64,000 bases of DNA from Podarcis tiliguerta (lineage: Eukaryota). Every line of letters starts with the position of its first letter. Position 1 is the first letter of the stretch. The DNA lies in NCBI GenBank assembly GCA_965153285.1, contig OZ229118.1; one strand, 5' to 3'. Under the pieces are notes generated by a model. The model did no database searches and had not been told where the DNA came from. It was given only the letters and a program-made list of their open reading frames with translations. Positions 12,140 through 23,546 of this stretch are shown piece after piece. Made by a program: the position numbers and the translations under genes.

Positions 12140-12700
12140 ATTAAGAGCTAGAACTTAGTGTTTTGTCCCCACTTTTTGCCTCAGTTCTTCAGGCCGCCTT
12201 CCTGAAAAGCTTAGTTCAGCCACAAAGATCTGCCCTATATTTCCTGCTGTGAACACAGAGACAAAGACTTCATTCAGCTTCTCTGCAATCTCCTTTTCCT
12301 TCACTTGCACACCTTTGACTTCTTTGTTGTTCAAAGATCTAACTGCCTTCCTCTTTTCCTACATTAATATTATATAATTGTGGGACCTAATATTTTAAGT
12401 GATGAGGCGCATATATGTGTGTGTGTCATCTCTTATTATCTGGTTGCATATATTTCGTCTGAGTTAGTGTCCCTTTTTGTTCCCCACATTTGGACAAGGC
12501 TCCCATTTTCTAAAGAAAGCGTTCTTTCCCCTCATAACTTCTTTGACTCTGCTCCTTAACCTTGCTGGCATCCTCTTGGCCCTGGGGGTATGTTTCCTAA
12601 TCTGTGGCATAAATTCTAGATGAGCTGCTATTATTGAAGTTTTGAATAATTCCCAAGCATTCTGGAAAGATTTTACCTTCTCAATTTGCCTTTTCAATTC
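12140..12700 (-). mobile_element. CR1 LINE ORF2 fragment (degenerate)
   Basis: Minus-strand peptides AWELFKTSIIAAHLEFMPQIRK... and EIAEKLNEVFVSVFT are typical of the CR1 region between the endonuclease and RT. Confidence 0.75.
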
Positions 12701-13559
12701 CTCCCCTTTTTAAAACCAATCCCCTCATGGTTGAGAAGCTTTCTCATCTGAGCACCAGAGATGAGGAACCACCAGCTACTGAACCATCCTGCTTTGTCTG
12801 GATCCACACCTGGCTCCTCCCAGCATCCCTGCATCACACAAATCATGCATATGTCATAACTCCCCCCCCCCCAATCTTCTGCTCAGTTGGCACCTCTGAA
12901 CCTAGCAAAAACTGTGAGGGAAGGTGCAAAGCAGGGGGAGAGACCTGGAGGGCTGCATTTGATTGGCTCTTGAGCCTGAGGTGCCTCATCCCTGACATGT
13001 ATTGCAGGGAGGTATTATAAAAGACACTGCTGGGAAAACAAGTTAACAGCTGCCAGGAAAAAAAAGTGGTAAAAGAAGCAAGAAAATAGGAAACCTCCAT
13101 ATGACCATATGAGGAGGAGTGGTTACAAAATGTTATTAGATAATATAATCTTAAAGTGTGCCAGGAGAGGAGAACATAAATTGACGAGGGATTTTTGTGC
13201 CAGAGTGCTGAACGCCTGGGGTGACCATTATGCAACACCATGGGTTCTGTGAGCTAAAAATCTTTTAAATAAAATCATTTAAGTAATAACATAAAGAAAA
13301 AAGTGGCTGCCTGTCTTTTCCACCCTCTGCAGCTGCTATTAGGGAAGGAGTTATAGTGGTAAAAGAGAAAGGCGGTCTCTCCCCCAGGCTGCAGTTCCCG
13401 TCCAGTTGGATGTCAGCCACTGCTTTCATGATTGCTTTTAATTATAAAAAAAGAGAAAGGTCTGATGATGGATCTCCCTCACCCCGTGAAATCTGGCTCT
13501 TCTTAGCTGAACATCTTAGCAAATCAGGGATTTCTCATCCATCCTTAAGGTTATTCACA

Positions 13560-13735
13560 CACAAGACCATGAGAAGATCCTGCAGGATCAGGCCAAAGGC
13601 TTAGCTAGTCCGGCATCCTCTTCTCCAGTGACTAGCCAGATGCCTATGGGAAGCCCATCGTCAGGACTGGGATGCAACAGCACTCCCTCCACTTATGATT
13701 CCCAGCAACCAACATTCAGAGGCATATTGCTTCTG
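13560..13735 (-). mobile_element. CR1-type LINE 3' fragment
   Basis: gaagatcctgcaggatcaggccaaaggc..gctagtccggcatcct matches the reverse of a common squamate CR1 3' end. Confidence 0.65.
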
Positions 13736-13739
13736 CCGA

Positions 13740-14083
13740 TTGATTGATTGCATTTGCATTCCACCTTTTTCTCTAAGGAGCTGAAGGTGATGCACCTGAT
13801 TCTCTGCTCCCTTATTGAACCCTGCAGTAGGCAAGGCTGTGAGACAGTGATGGAGCCAAGGTCACCCAGTGAGCTTCATGGATTTGAACCCTGGCTTCCC
13901 AGATCCTAGTCCAACACTCTAAACCCAGTGTTTCCCAAACTTGGGTCTCCAGCTGTTTTTGGACTACAGTTCCCATCGTCCCTGACCACTGCTCCTGCTA
14001 ACTAGGGGTGGTGAGAGTTGTAGTCAAAAAGCAGCTGGAGACCCAAGTTTGGGAAACACTGCTCTAACCACTACACCACACTG
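13740..14083 (-). mobile_element. tRNA-derived SINE (Squam3-like), interrupted by a MITE
   Basis: Minus-strand head cagtgtggtgtagtggttagag (A box) at 14062-14083, B-box-like gggttcaaatcc and core tgggtgaccttgg; split by the MITE at 13926-14061. Confidence 0.7.
13926..14061. mobile_element. hAT-type palindromic MITE nested in a SINE head
   Basis: Near-perfect TIR cagtgtttcccaaacttgggtctccagctg; TSD ctctaaacc / ctctaacc. Confidence 0.85.
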
Positions 14084-14474
14084 ACTCCCTATGGAAATAG
14101 AGCAAAGCCATTCATTGATTGCCTTATTTTCCATTAATTTGTAGAATCCTCTTTTAAAGTCATTCAAGTTGGCGTACATCACACCTTCCTTCATTCTTGA
14201 ACAGATCTTTGCTCCTGAATGCAAGTAGCTTTTGCTTCCTGATATGATTGGCCATGAAATTTGTAGGCTGATCTGGACTAGCCAGCTTATTGTCTCCCAC
14301 ATTCCTTCACCTCCCTTGCTCTACTCTTACAGAGTAGGTGTGGTGACCCAAGACGGACATATGTTGCATCAACAGTGTGAGAGTACATATATTCAGTGTT
14401 CAAAGATTCGCTTTAAAGGTCACTTTTGCTGCTTGCATGGCCTAATGGGCTTGCTGCATTAGAACCATGGATAA

Positions 14475-14476
<2 letters not shown>

Positions 14477-14518
<42 letters not shown>
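14477..14518. repeat. (GT)21 microsatellite
   Basis: Directly visible perfect dinucleotide repeat. Confidence 0.97.
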
Positions 14519-14525
<7 letters not shown>

Positions 14526-14531
14526 ATATAA

Positions 14532-14867
14532 GTGGGTGGCGCTGTGGTCCAAACCACTGAGCCTTGGGTTGGCGGTTCGAATCCCTGTGTGTGATGGGGT
14601 TAATTCTTGTTGCTCAGTCCCAGCTCCTGCCAACCTAGCAGTTCGAAAGCACGCTACCCCCCCAAAAAAGTGCAAGTAGATTAGTAGGTACCACTCCGAT
14701 GGGAAGGTAAATGGCTCTGGCGTCGGTCTTCCATTGTGCTGGACAAATGACCCGGATCAACTGTCTGCAGACAAACGTCGGCTCCCTTGGCTTTAAAGCG
14801 AGATGAATGCTGCAACCCCAGAGTCGTTCACGACTGGACTTAACTGTCAGGGGTCCCTTTACCTTTA
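14532..14867 (+). mobile_element. Sauria SINE
   Basis: gggtggcgctgtgg head, ggttcgaatcc B box, ctcctgccaacctagcagttcgaaagca core, BovB-like gagtcg..cacgactgga and ccctttaccttta tail. Confidence 0.9.
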
Positions 14868-15789
14868 AGGAAGAGTATGGATTTCCCTACCCCTGCATAA
14901 TATTGCCTGCTGCAAGGTTATTTCCTCCCATCTTCAGGTGCTCAAAGGCTAATTAACACATGAGGCCGGTGTCAATCTGTCCACTTAGGCACAATGCATG
15001 CATCTTACATCTCACCTGCTCTAGGAGTTTCTCAAGCAATCCAAATATCCATAGCAAGCAGCTATCCATAGTATGTGGTGTCGAATCTTTTGCAAACAGT
15101 ACCATTAAAAAAACATGTGACCTGATTCCAACCAATACAGCAGAATCTGGAATAAGTGGAACATAACAGCTGTCCGATTGGAATCCTCAGATGTGGTTGT
15201 TTATCATTCTAGATAGCTAAGTCCCCTATTTGTCTCTCTCTCTCTCCCCCCTTTCTCTGCAGAGAGCAAACATGCTCTGTACACACTCTCACTATCCTTC
15301 TGACTTTGTCTTTTTGACATTATGGGGAATTATTTTTCTCTCTTCAGAAGTCACAGCCAGGAGTTCTATAATTAGTAGGTATTGACCAAAGCATTAATGC
15401 ATGGCTTTGTTTTTTAAATGAGCAAGCTTTGATTTTCCCTTCCCCTCATTAAGAATGTGGTTAACGCACGTAGCCTTGAGCTATCCCGATCAATCTCGAG
15501 TGAAAGGACTTGGAAGGCCATCAGTTATGAAGTGTAATTTCTCAGCACTGTTTCCCCACTTTGAATCAATCTTGCTCTCTGATGTCTATATTATAAGCAT
15601 GAAGTGGTTTAATTGCCCTGCTCCCTACTGCCTGGAATCTTGGGAGTTTGCCTTTTTTTGTGAATGAAATGAATCGAAGGACCTCAACACACACACATTG
15701 CTGCAAGGCTGAGAGTTCCTTGTAGTGATAGTAATGGATAAGTCCCTTTTTATCTTCATCGCATAATCAATTGATAGAATTCCCTACAC

Positions 15790-16020
15790 AGCTTGAAAAG
15801 GGGATAGACAAATTCATGGAGGATAAATGTGTCAATGGCTGCTTGGCCATGATGGCCACACTGTGTTCAGATGTCATTGAATGTCAATCACTTGGGTTGG
15901 GAGGCACAACAGTGAGAGAGGCCAGTTGCCTTCATGCTCTGTTTGTGATTTTCCTGGATGCACCTGGTTGGAAATTGTAGAATACAGGGTGCCAGCCTAG
16001 AAGATGAATCTTTGGCTTTA
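15790..16020 (+). mobile_element. CR1-type LINE 3' fragment
   Basis: aaaggggatagacaaattcatggaggataa (KGLDKFMEDK), same family as 19495-20000 and 46050-46530. Confidence 0.6.
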
Positions 16021-16745
16021 TCCCGTGATGCCCTTGGCTTCTATGTGGAGAATGTGCCTGAAGTCAATCTCTATTTGTTACTTCTACAAGGGTGCCCTTG
16101 TTTTGTAGGTGCAGGCAGCTTCACAATTTATCTCCAGCACCTATCTGGAGCAGCTGACATGGCACTAATTAGGACTTCCGCTGCAATCGTGCCTTAGAAA
16201 AGGTGCCATGGTGCAATTTCCAGCTGTGGTCATTTGCCATTGTTTCCTCCATCCAAATTGATGGGCTCACCAAAGCTGGGAGGTTAGGAGTAGGTTGGTG
16301 AGGAGGCAGGAGTGGGGCACTTTGCTAATTGCTGTTTGTGGGTGCTCTGGGTGCTCTGGTAAACACCATTGTGCCCCAGCCCGTTTCACTGCCAACCTGA
16401 TCTTCAATCCATTTGTTTACTCAACAGTGGGGTGAGTAATAGGGTGGTTTGCTTCGCCAGAGCCACACCAGGCAGATTCAGAGTGACTCATTGCAGCTTG
16501 AGAAGACTTGCATTGCTTCCTGGGCTACCAGAAAGATGCAATAATTATCACTTGGTGATGGAACATGTGCAGGATCACATGTAGAGCTGGGTGAGCAGCC
16601 AGGCAAAGCGCTATTCCAAAAGGAAATGCTGCACGTAAGGCACCAGGAATGCATTAATCATAGGGACAAAAGTCAAGTTGGGGCACTTTCCCTCGCAGTC
16701 AAGCCTCAAGATGCTCAAAGAGACACCTGAGACTCCAGCACTGGG

Positions 16746-16879
16746 CCAGGGAACCTGCAGCCCTCCAGATGTTTGGGACTTCAACCCGCAACAGCAACAG
16801 CTCCAGCTAGTGAAAGAGTTCAGGAATGATGGGAGTTGTATTCCAGCAATATCTGGAGGGCCAGAGGTTCCCCACCCTG
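16746..16879. mobile_element. hAT-type palindromic MITE
   Basis: gggaacctgcagccctccagatgtt / atatctggagggccagaggttccc inverted arms. Confidence 0.7.
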
Positions 16880-17025
16880 CCACAGTGGGCTTTTTATAGT
16901 GGGAAAGCTGGAGTGCAATAGACAGGAATGTCAATGAATGAAACACTTCACTCACATCCGCTGTAAAATGCAGAGTCCTGGCCAGAAGGTCATGGCGGTC
17001 CAGCACTTGCGATCCACCATATGGC

Positions 17026-17153
17026 ACTGTGTTTCTCCAGCTGTTTTTGGACAACAGTTCCCATGATCCCTGACCGCTGGTCCTGCTAGCTAGGAATGAT
17101 GGGAGCTGTAGTAGTCCAAAAAACAGCTGGAGACCCAAGTCTGGGAAACACTG
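17026..17153. mobile_element. hAT-type MITE (same subfamily as 13926-14061; left arm partly deleted)
   Basis: ctccagctgtttttggac...aaacagctggagacccaagtctgggaaacactg. Confidence 0.75.
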
Positions 17154-17245
17154 GTATGGAAGGTCATGACTTTGAGAATTAGTACAATGGGCAGGCCTTG
17201 AATGTGATCATATCTATATGATGTGCAGTGACTGATTTAGATGTA

Positions 17246-17487
17246 CAGTGGTACCTCAGGTTACATACGCTTCAGGTTACATACGCTTCAGATGACAGAC
17301 TCCACTAACCCAGAAATAGTGCTTCAGGTTAAGAACTTTGCTTCAGGATGAGAACAGAAATTGTGCTCCTGCGGCACAGCGGCAGCAGGAGGCCCCATTA
17401 GCTAAAGTGGTGCTTCAGGTTAAGAACATTTTCAGGTTAAGAACAGACCTCCGGAACGAATTAAGTACTTAACCCAAGGTACCACTG
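17246..17487. mobile_element. Tc1/mariner (pogo/Tigger-like) MITE
   Basis: TIRs cagtggtacctcaggtta / taacccaaggtaccactg, TA TSD on both sides, internal cttcaggtta subrepeats. Confidence 0.88.
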
Positions 17488-18476
17488 TATAAAAGAAGGG
17501 CAGCTTTTCACTTATCTGACAGTTCCAGCATTATTATTTGGGGTGGGGGAATGGATAGAGTTTCCACCTTTATGCTAAATGCTGGATGCAAAAACTCAGA
17601 AAAGGTTTGATTTTGAAAACACACAGGCGAATCCACATAATTCCATAATATGTGTGTGAGCTTGCGTGTGTGTTAAATATGTGAACATGGGTGAGGGGAT
17701 TATTTGCTTGTTAACATTTGGATTTGGCAATTGTGGAGAAGTGGTTTCCTAGCCACAGCTGTATTAATTTATATAATGCAACTCACTGACTTCCTAATCT
17801 GTCCGTGCTTTACCCAGCCAATGAAGCTGCGAGTGATGTCATGCTTGTAACTTGATATCCCTGCTGGGAGGACCTGCAAGGCTGGAGTGCCTGTGTTTGC
17901 AAATTGGGATTAGCTCAGTGCCACTAGGAGACAAATTCTCCCACTTTGTTCATCTGATTTGCAGGCAATGTTCATTCCTCCAAGGGCCACCAAACCCTGT
18001 CCCTAGACGCTGCCCTTAAGGCTTCTGAGACTGGCATCAGCTGTTGCCCCAGCTGCAGGCTCCTGGCTCCACTGTTTCAGCATTGCCGTGTCTGAAAAAC
18101 TTGCTAGTCTTGCCTTCACACTCTTCTCTTCCTTTTTATATCTGAGCAGGAAGAAGAAGCCTTCCAGAAAGTTTGACTGTTCAATCTCAGTGTCGCAGAG
18201 GTGGAACAGTCTCACTTCCATCACTAAATAAAGAACAAATAGCACAAGGTGAAATAATTTGTTTCTTGAGTGCATGATCTTTGTGCTCCTACTATATCTG
18301 TAACAAATGGAAGATACGATGTACACAAGCCCTAGTTTGCAGTGCAGAATGATGCAGAGCTGGGATACAGTGCATAAATCTCCCAGGTCCCATGTTTATT
18401 GAAAGGCATCCAAATAATGGACCGTGATAGGTGTTTTCCTCCCCCACCAGGGTCCCCCTAGTGGTGTCAGGCTTAA

Positions 18477-18831
18477 AGGTAAAGGTAAAGGGATCCCTGA
18501 CCATTAGGTCCAGTCGTGGCCGACTCTGGGGTTGCGGCACTCATCTTGCTTTATTGGCCGAGGGAGCCAGCATCCAGCTTCCAGGTCATGTGGCCAGCAT
18601 GACTAAGCTGCATCTGGTGAACCAGAGCAGCGCCTAGAAACGCTGTTTACCTTCCTGCTGGAGTGGTACCTATTTATCTACTTGTGCTTTGATGTGCTTT
18701 CGAACTGCTAGGTTGGCAGGAGCAGGGACCGAGCAACGGGAGCTCATCCCATCACAGGGATTCGAACCGCCGACCTTCTGATCGGCAAGTCCTAGGCTCT
18801 GTGGTTTAACCCACAGTGCCACCCGTGTCCC
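18477..18831 (-). mobile_element. Sauria SINE, full length
   Basis: Reverse-complement of the Sauria SINE with (ACCTTT)n tail; ~14-bp TSD ggtgtcaggcttaa (18463-18476) / ggtgttaggtttaa (18832-18845). Confidence 0.93.
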
Positions 18832-18956
18832 GGTGTTAGGTTTAACCTTCGCTAAATCAAGAGGCAAGGTCCTGGGAGCAAGACCAGGTGGGTTGCAGGC
18901 AGCAGGCATCAATAGAGTGGGGTGGAGCAGATCAAGGCAGAGGTGAAGACCAAGAG

Positions 18957-19085
18957 GAATCATTGAATTGTAGAGTTGGAAGGGACCACAAGAACCATCT
19001 AGTCCAAACCCCTGAATTGCAGGGATCTTTCACCCAACGTGAGGCTCGAACCCATAACCCCGAGATTAAGAATCTCATGCTCTAC
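18957..19085 (-). mobile_element. Short SINE with tRNA-Lys(CTT)-derived head and CR1-type 3' tail
   Basis: Minus strand gtagagcatgagattCTTaatctcggggttatgggttcgagcctcacgttgggtg resembles tRNA-Lys-CTT and is followed by ggactagatg...ggtcccttccaactcta...atgattc (CR1 3' end). Confidence 0.8.
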
Positions 19086-19494
19086 GAAGTCCTGTTATTG
19101 CTCAGAATGGAGAGGAAGACTGGCCAGGAAGTTTTTGTAGGAGTCAAGGAGACTCTTCTAGCATTATTCCTCTGCAAACGGCTTCTTGTCATGTCTGGCT
19201 CTTTGGGTTTGTAGTTCCCTGCTTGGCCAGAACTTGGCAGTTGCGCATAGGCTGAATTTTTGTTCGATGCATCTTCCAAGTCCTATATTTAGTGGGCTTG
19301 AGTCCTCCTAGCAACAGGTTGTTGTGGCTGTGCACAGGATGAAAACTATCATCATCCAGCAATATTGTTTAGGGCAATTGTATTTGGAAAACAAGTTTGA
19401 TAGCATTTTGAGGAGCACAACACTATGTGTGGAAAAGATAAATAGCAGTTAAGTGCACTGTGACTTCCTCATTACATATATTAAACCATGTGGT

Positions 19495-20000
19495 CTAGTC
19501 GGAATATGCTGGGCAACCAAAGGATGGAGCAACAGCCCTGTAAGGAAAGGTTGTAGCATTTGGGACTTTTTAGTTTTGATAAAAGGTGAGTAAGACATCG
19601 TAGGAGTTTGTGAAGTTATGCATGGCATGGAGAAAGTAGATAGAACCAAGTTTTTGTCCTGCTGTCATAACACTAGAATGGGTGGACCTCCAGTGAGGCT
19701 GAATGTTGGAAGATTCAGGATGCATAAAAGAAGGCACATAGCGCATAGTCTATGCAAACTCCCTCCCACAGGAAGCAATGATGGCCACCAATTTTGTTGG
19801 TTGAAAAGAGGATTAGAGAAGCTCATGCAAGATATGGCTGTCAGTGGCTACTAGCGATAAGGGCTGTGCTCTGCCTACATGGTCAGAGACTGAATACCTC
19901 TGAATACCACTTGCTGGAAACTGCAGGAGAGAAGAATGCTCTTGTGCTCAGGTCCCGCTTGCAGGTTTCCCACAGGCACGGCAGGCTCTTCCTATGTTCA
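19495..20000 (+). mobile_element. CR1 LINE 3' fragment
   Basis: Translates to MHGMEKVDRTKFLS..HNTRMGG..RLNVGRFR...KRGLEKLM (CR1 ORF2 C-terminus), followed by 3' UTR ending cttcctatgttc. Confidence 0.8.
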
Positions 20001-21967
20001 GGAATAAACCCAAACTGATTGAAATCCTTGGGAAATGTTTCCCATGACTAACTTACTGAAACTGATGGAACTTTAGCACAACTAAACTGCTCTGAGGTTT
20101 ACAGTATCTTTGAAAATGGAGGGTTCATGTCAGAATATTCATATTGCAATAGGAGAATCCTAACTCTTCTTCAAAAGAAGGGCAGTTGTTTTCCTGCCCC
20201 TATCCTGACTTGGAAAAACATACAGAACAATTACCCTAAGAATAGATTGACAAAAGAGGGGCTATAAAGTCAGCAACTAATTCTAGGGCAACCTCTCAAT
20301 CACTATCTAGGATTATTTGAGTTTTAAAATGGATGAGACCAGGCCTGCAATGACTTAATTCAAGTATGCTTAAGTCCATGAAAGCTGGTTATGAAACTTA
20401 AAATTATGTGCTTTGCAAATTTCACTACAATTTTCAATAATGCATTTTTCATGTTGCAAGATTTGGCCATTTGGGGATCTCGTTTGTTTTCACCATTTCT
20501 TTCTTGTGCTCCCTATAGTATAAGCCATATCTTCTGTCCAGAAGGAAGAGCTCTTGGTGACTCCAGAGCTCCCTTCCCTACTATTCCCAGCAGTTTGACG
20601 GATAGCATGCATGGCCTGAGCCATTACGACACCTTTCTGCTACATTCTTTCTTTATTCCTGGACTTGACAAATGTTAGCACAAGAAGCCTGCCTTTCTTC
20701 AAGCTATATTTGTTTAAACCACACGTCCATGATTCATTGTACCACACTTTAGCATGAAGATGTTGGAAGCCTCCTCTAATTAGCACTTAGCTTGGATTAT
20801 AAAAGGGGTGATTTAAGGTAATTCATGCTCAAACCTGGAGGCTAGGGGCAGGTTTGCACATTTGGGTGTGGGCACCACCTACATTTGGGTTTAGGCAATT
20901 ATGGTTTGAATTCAGTGTAGGTAATGTAACAGACCTAAGTTTCTGACCTCTCCTGAAATGCATGCAGTACACAAACCCATCAACTGGCAATTATCTTACA
21001 GTACTACTTCCGCTGGCAAAAGGGATCATTAGGATTAATTGATGCATCATTTTTGGTCTTAGGTTATTTTTCTGTTCACTTTTTAGCTGATCCAGACTGG
21101 CACCAGGAGTGGCGGAGCGGGACAGGAAGCTTCAAGCCATGCCCCCAATATGGATGAGCTAATATTTACTCTTGAAACAAAAAAGCCACTCATTTAGTAA
21201 TTACATGAATGCCATATTTCATTTGGCTTCAAAACTGAAGAGTGTAATGTATTTTCCTAGGATTCATGCAAATGCTAAACTCTGAAGTGTAATATTTGAC
21301 AGTCATGGGCATCTTAAACATCAAGGCTCATTCACTAGGCTTGTTCAAAGCCATACTAAGAACCCTTTGTTTGTCCCTAATACAAGGACTCAATTGAAAG
21401 GGATCCACTTCCTTTTGTGCTGGATCAACAGTGAGCTAGTTATTGTTTTAGTTTGACGATTATTGAAATGAGTGTGGTTTCTGCACATTATTATTGGCTA
21501 TTGGCCAGATATAAATTCAGTTTGGCCAGTCAAGAGAGGATTAGCACATTTTTAGGTTGCCTCTCCAATACCTTTGAGCTGCTGCACATTCAGGTGGCAG
21601 TTGAACAACACAGTGTGTGATATTGTGCTTTAGGAGACCCTGCTTTCCTAGTAAATCCAAACAGCTTCTGTAGATGCATCTGGAAAAGAATTCAGTGGTA
21701 AACATTCACTCACTAAATACCAATCGTTTTGAAATTACTCATACTTAAATTTTCTAAGACAATATACCTAAGCACAGTTACCTGGGAGAAAGTTTCACCG
21801 AGCCCAGTGAGATTTAAATTTGAATAAGGATTACACGGTAAATTCTTTTTAATCATCTACAGATAAATATCCTACAAACAAGTTGGTTGTTCTAGTCTTC
21901 TGTGATCTCATATCCTTTCTTATCCAAAATGGAGAACCTGTGGACATCCACTCCCATCATCTCTAGC

Positions 21968-22101
21968 CAGGGCTTTTTTCAGCCGGAACTTGCTGGAATT
22001 TAGTCGGGCACCTCTCAGGTGGGCACCATTGGCATTATAAGAGGACAAGGGAGGCATTCATGGAGAGTTCTGGAACCTCTTTATGTAGAAAAATAGCACT
22101 G
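21968..22101. mobile_element. hAT-type MITE nested in an older palindromic MITE (~21930-22175)
   Basis: TIRs cagggcttttttc / gaaaaatagcactg; 8-bp TSD tctctagc / tctctaac; the flanks rejoin into the ctcccatcat...ggctgatggga family. Confidence 0.75.
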
Positions 22102-22208
22102 TCTCTAACCATTGGCTATTGTGGCTGGGGCTGATGGGAATCCAAGAATATATGGATGGACACAGGTTTCCCACCTTTGCTTTATATTTGCATTAAATGA
22201 AAAACGTT

Positions 22209-22346
22209 ACAACCCGGACAGGTTGGCAGGGAATCGCCCGACATAATAGATAAGCAAGATGGCTAACCTAGAAGTAATTACATTAAATGTGAGGGGGTTG
22301 GGAAACCCCATCGAAAGAAAACACATCACCTCATACATAAATACCA
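22209..22346 (+). mobile_element. Internal L1/Tx1-type fragment (inter-ORF spacer + start of ORF2 endonuclease) with 15-bp TSD
   Basis: ATG 22259 gives MANLEVITLNVRGLGNPIERKHI (APE motif I: LNV.GL..P.KR). Flanked by taaatgaaaaacgtt (22194-22208) / taaatgaaaaatgtt (22347-22361). Confidence 0.75.
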
Positions 22347-22591
22347 TAAATGAAAAATGTTCAATTAAACTGTGTGTGTATCTGAAACTCCAGCTTTCAT
22401 TTTTAACTAATTTGTATAGTGCAGATGCTAGTCTCTCTGTGAAACTCCCTTATGTTACAAGATGTCTTGTAAATATCGCTATTCATTCTCTCTTTCCTTT
22501 TTTAGCTGAAATGACGATCTTTTCCACCAGGCTGCAGAGTCTTGGTGAGCTCAGTCTTACCTGCGGCTGAGAAGCAAGAAGATAAAATGCC

Positions 22592-22612
22592 ATGAGCGGG
22601 TGTTTGCAGAGG
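22592..22612 (+). CDS. Candidate short first coding exon segment (MSGCLQR), possibly an alternative N-terminus of the downstream gene (TRIM2 by synteny)
   Basis: gccATG start, 7 codons, phase-0 consensus donor AGG|GTGAGT (22613); two upstream acceptors (AG at 22504-22505 after a long pyrimidine tract, and AG at 22529-22530). The gene assignment is inference only. Confidence 0.35.
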
Positions 22613-23488
22613 GTGAGTGACAAAGAGACCATGACGCAAAACTCCTATAGTTGTTTAATCAAGATCTCCCTGTTTCATGTAGGTTCTTGACATGCTTGTA
22701 CTCTTTTCAGTTTGTACTGCACGCAATATTACTTCACCCTGTTCATTTACTCTTAAGTGACTTAGATTGAAGTGGGGGAATAGAGAAATGGTAGTTTGAA
22801 GAGAGAACAAGAGTTTTGAGAGAGAAGGAGAGGGTTTTCGTTCTAGGCTGCTGGATATATTTAGCCTTTAGCCTTGATTCAGTTTGAGCCATTGCTTGGA
22901 AAGCTTACTTTATTATTTGTTTTAAAGGTATCTACATACCAACATATCATAATAAGTTGAAACTGTAGCATGGCTTTTCAGATAGGTAACATGGTAAATA
23001 TAATGGCCACAAATCAAACACAGAGTTAAGTGTGAGGAGATATATTGTATACACACACAAACACACACACTGTTCCCTAGAAAATTATAGCACCTACTTT
23101 CAGGTGTAATGCAGAGGATTAAATTTTTTTTCAATCAGTGAGTTTAGTTAATCTGAACTAGCTCGTTCTATGCCCTGGTTTGACCATTGTACAAAGGTTG
23201 TGTAGAAGGAAGGAGATGTGTTTTGCTATGTGCAGAAAAGTATAATTCCTAATTGCATCTTCTTCCCAAGGTCCCAAACAATTCACTGGAGTGGTGAAAT
23301 TGTGCAGACAAGATTGGAGGCCTCTGTCAGCCTCATGAACTTCATTCTTAAGGAACACTGCATCTCCTTTTCCTACGTACTTGGGTTCATATGTGGTTGT
23401 GTTAGAATGGGCAGATGAAAAAGAGGGCAGGGGTCCCTCACCTTTTAATTGTAATATTTCAGAGCCAAATACACACATGGATAAATGT

Positions 23489-23491
23489 ACA

Positions 23492-23543
<52 letters not shown>
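23489..23543. repeat. Compound (AC)n(AG)n microsatellite
   Basis: Directly visible. Confidence 0.96.

Positions 23544-23546
<3 letters not shown>

Noticed and set aside
16611-17138. 175-aa minus-strand ORF
   Set aside because: Runs through two MITEs; chance open frame.
17246-17487. CRISPR-like or regulatory tandem repeats (cttcaggtta units)
   Set aside because: These are subterminal repeats within a TA-flanked mariner-type MITE in a vertebrate genome; there is no repeat-spacer periodicity.
19030-19085. Functional tRNA-Lys gene
   Set aside because: The 5' acceptor-stem portion is missing, several mismatches are present, and it is fused to a CR1 tail, so it is a SINE head.
22259-22570. 103-aa ORF as an intact endonuclease gene
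   Set aside because: Only the first ~29 codons are L1-like; the rest reads into flanking DNA beyond the TSD.
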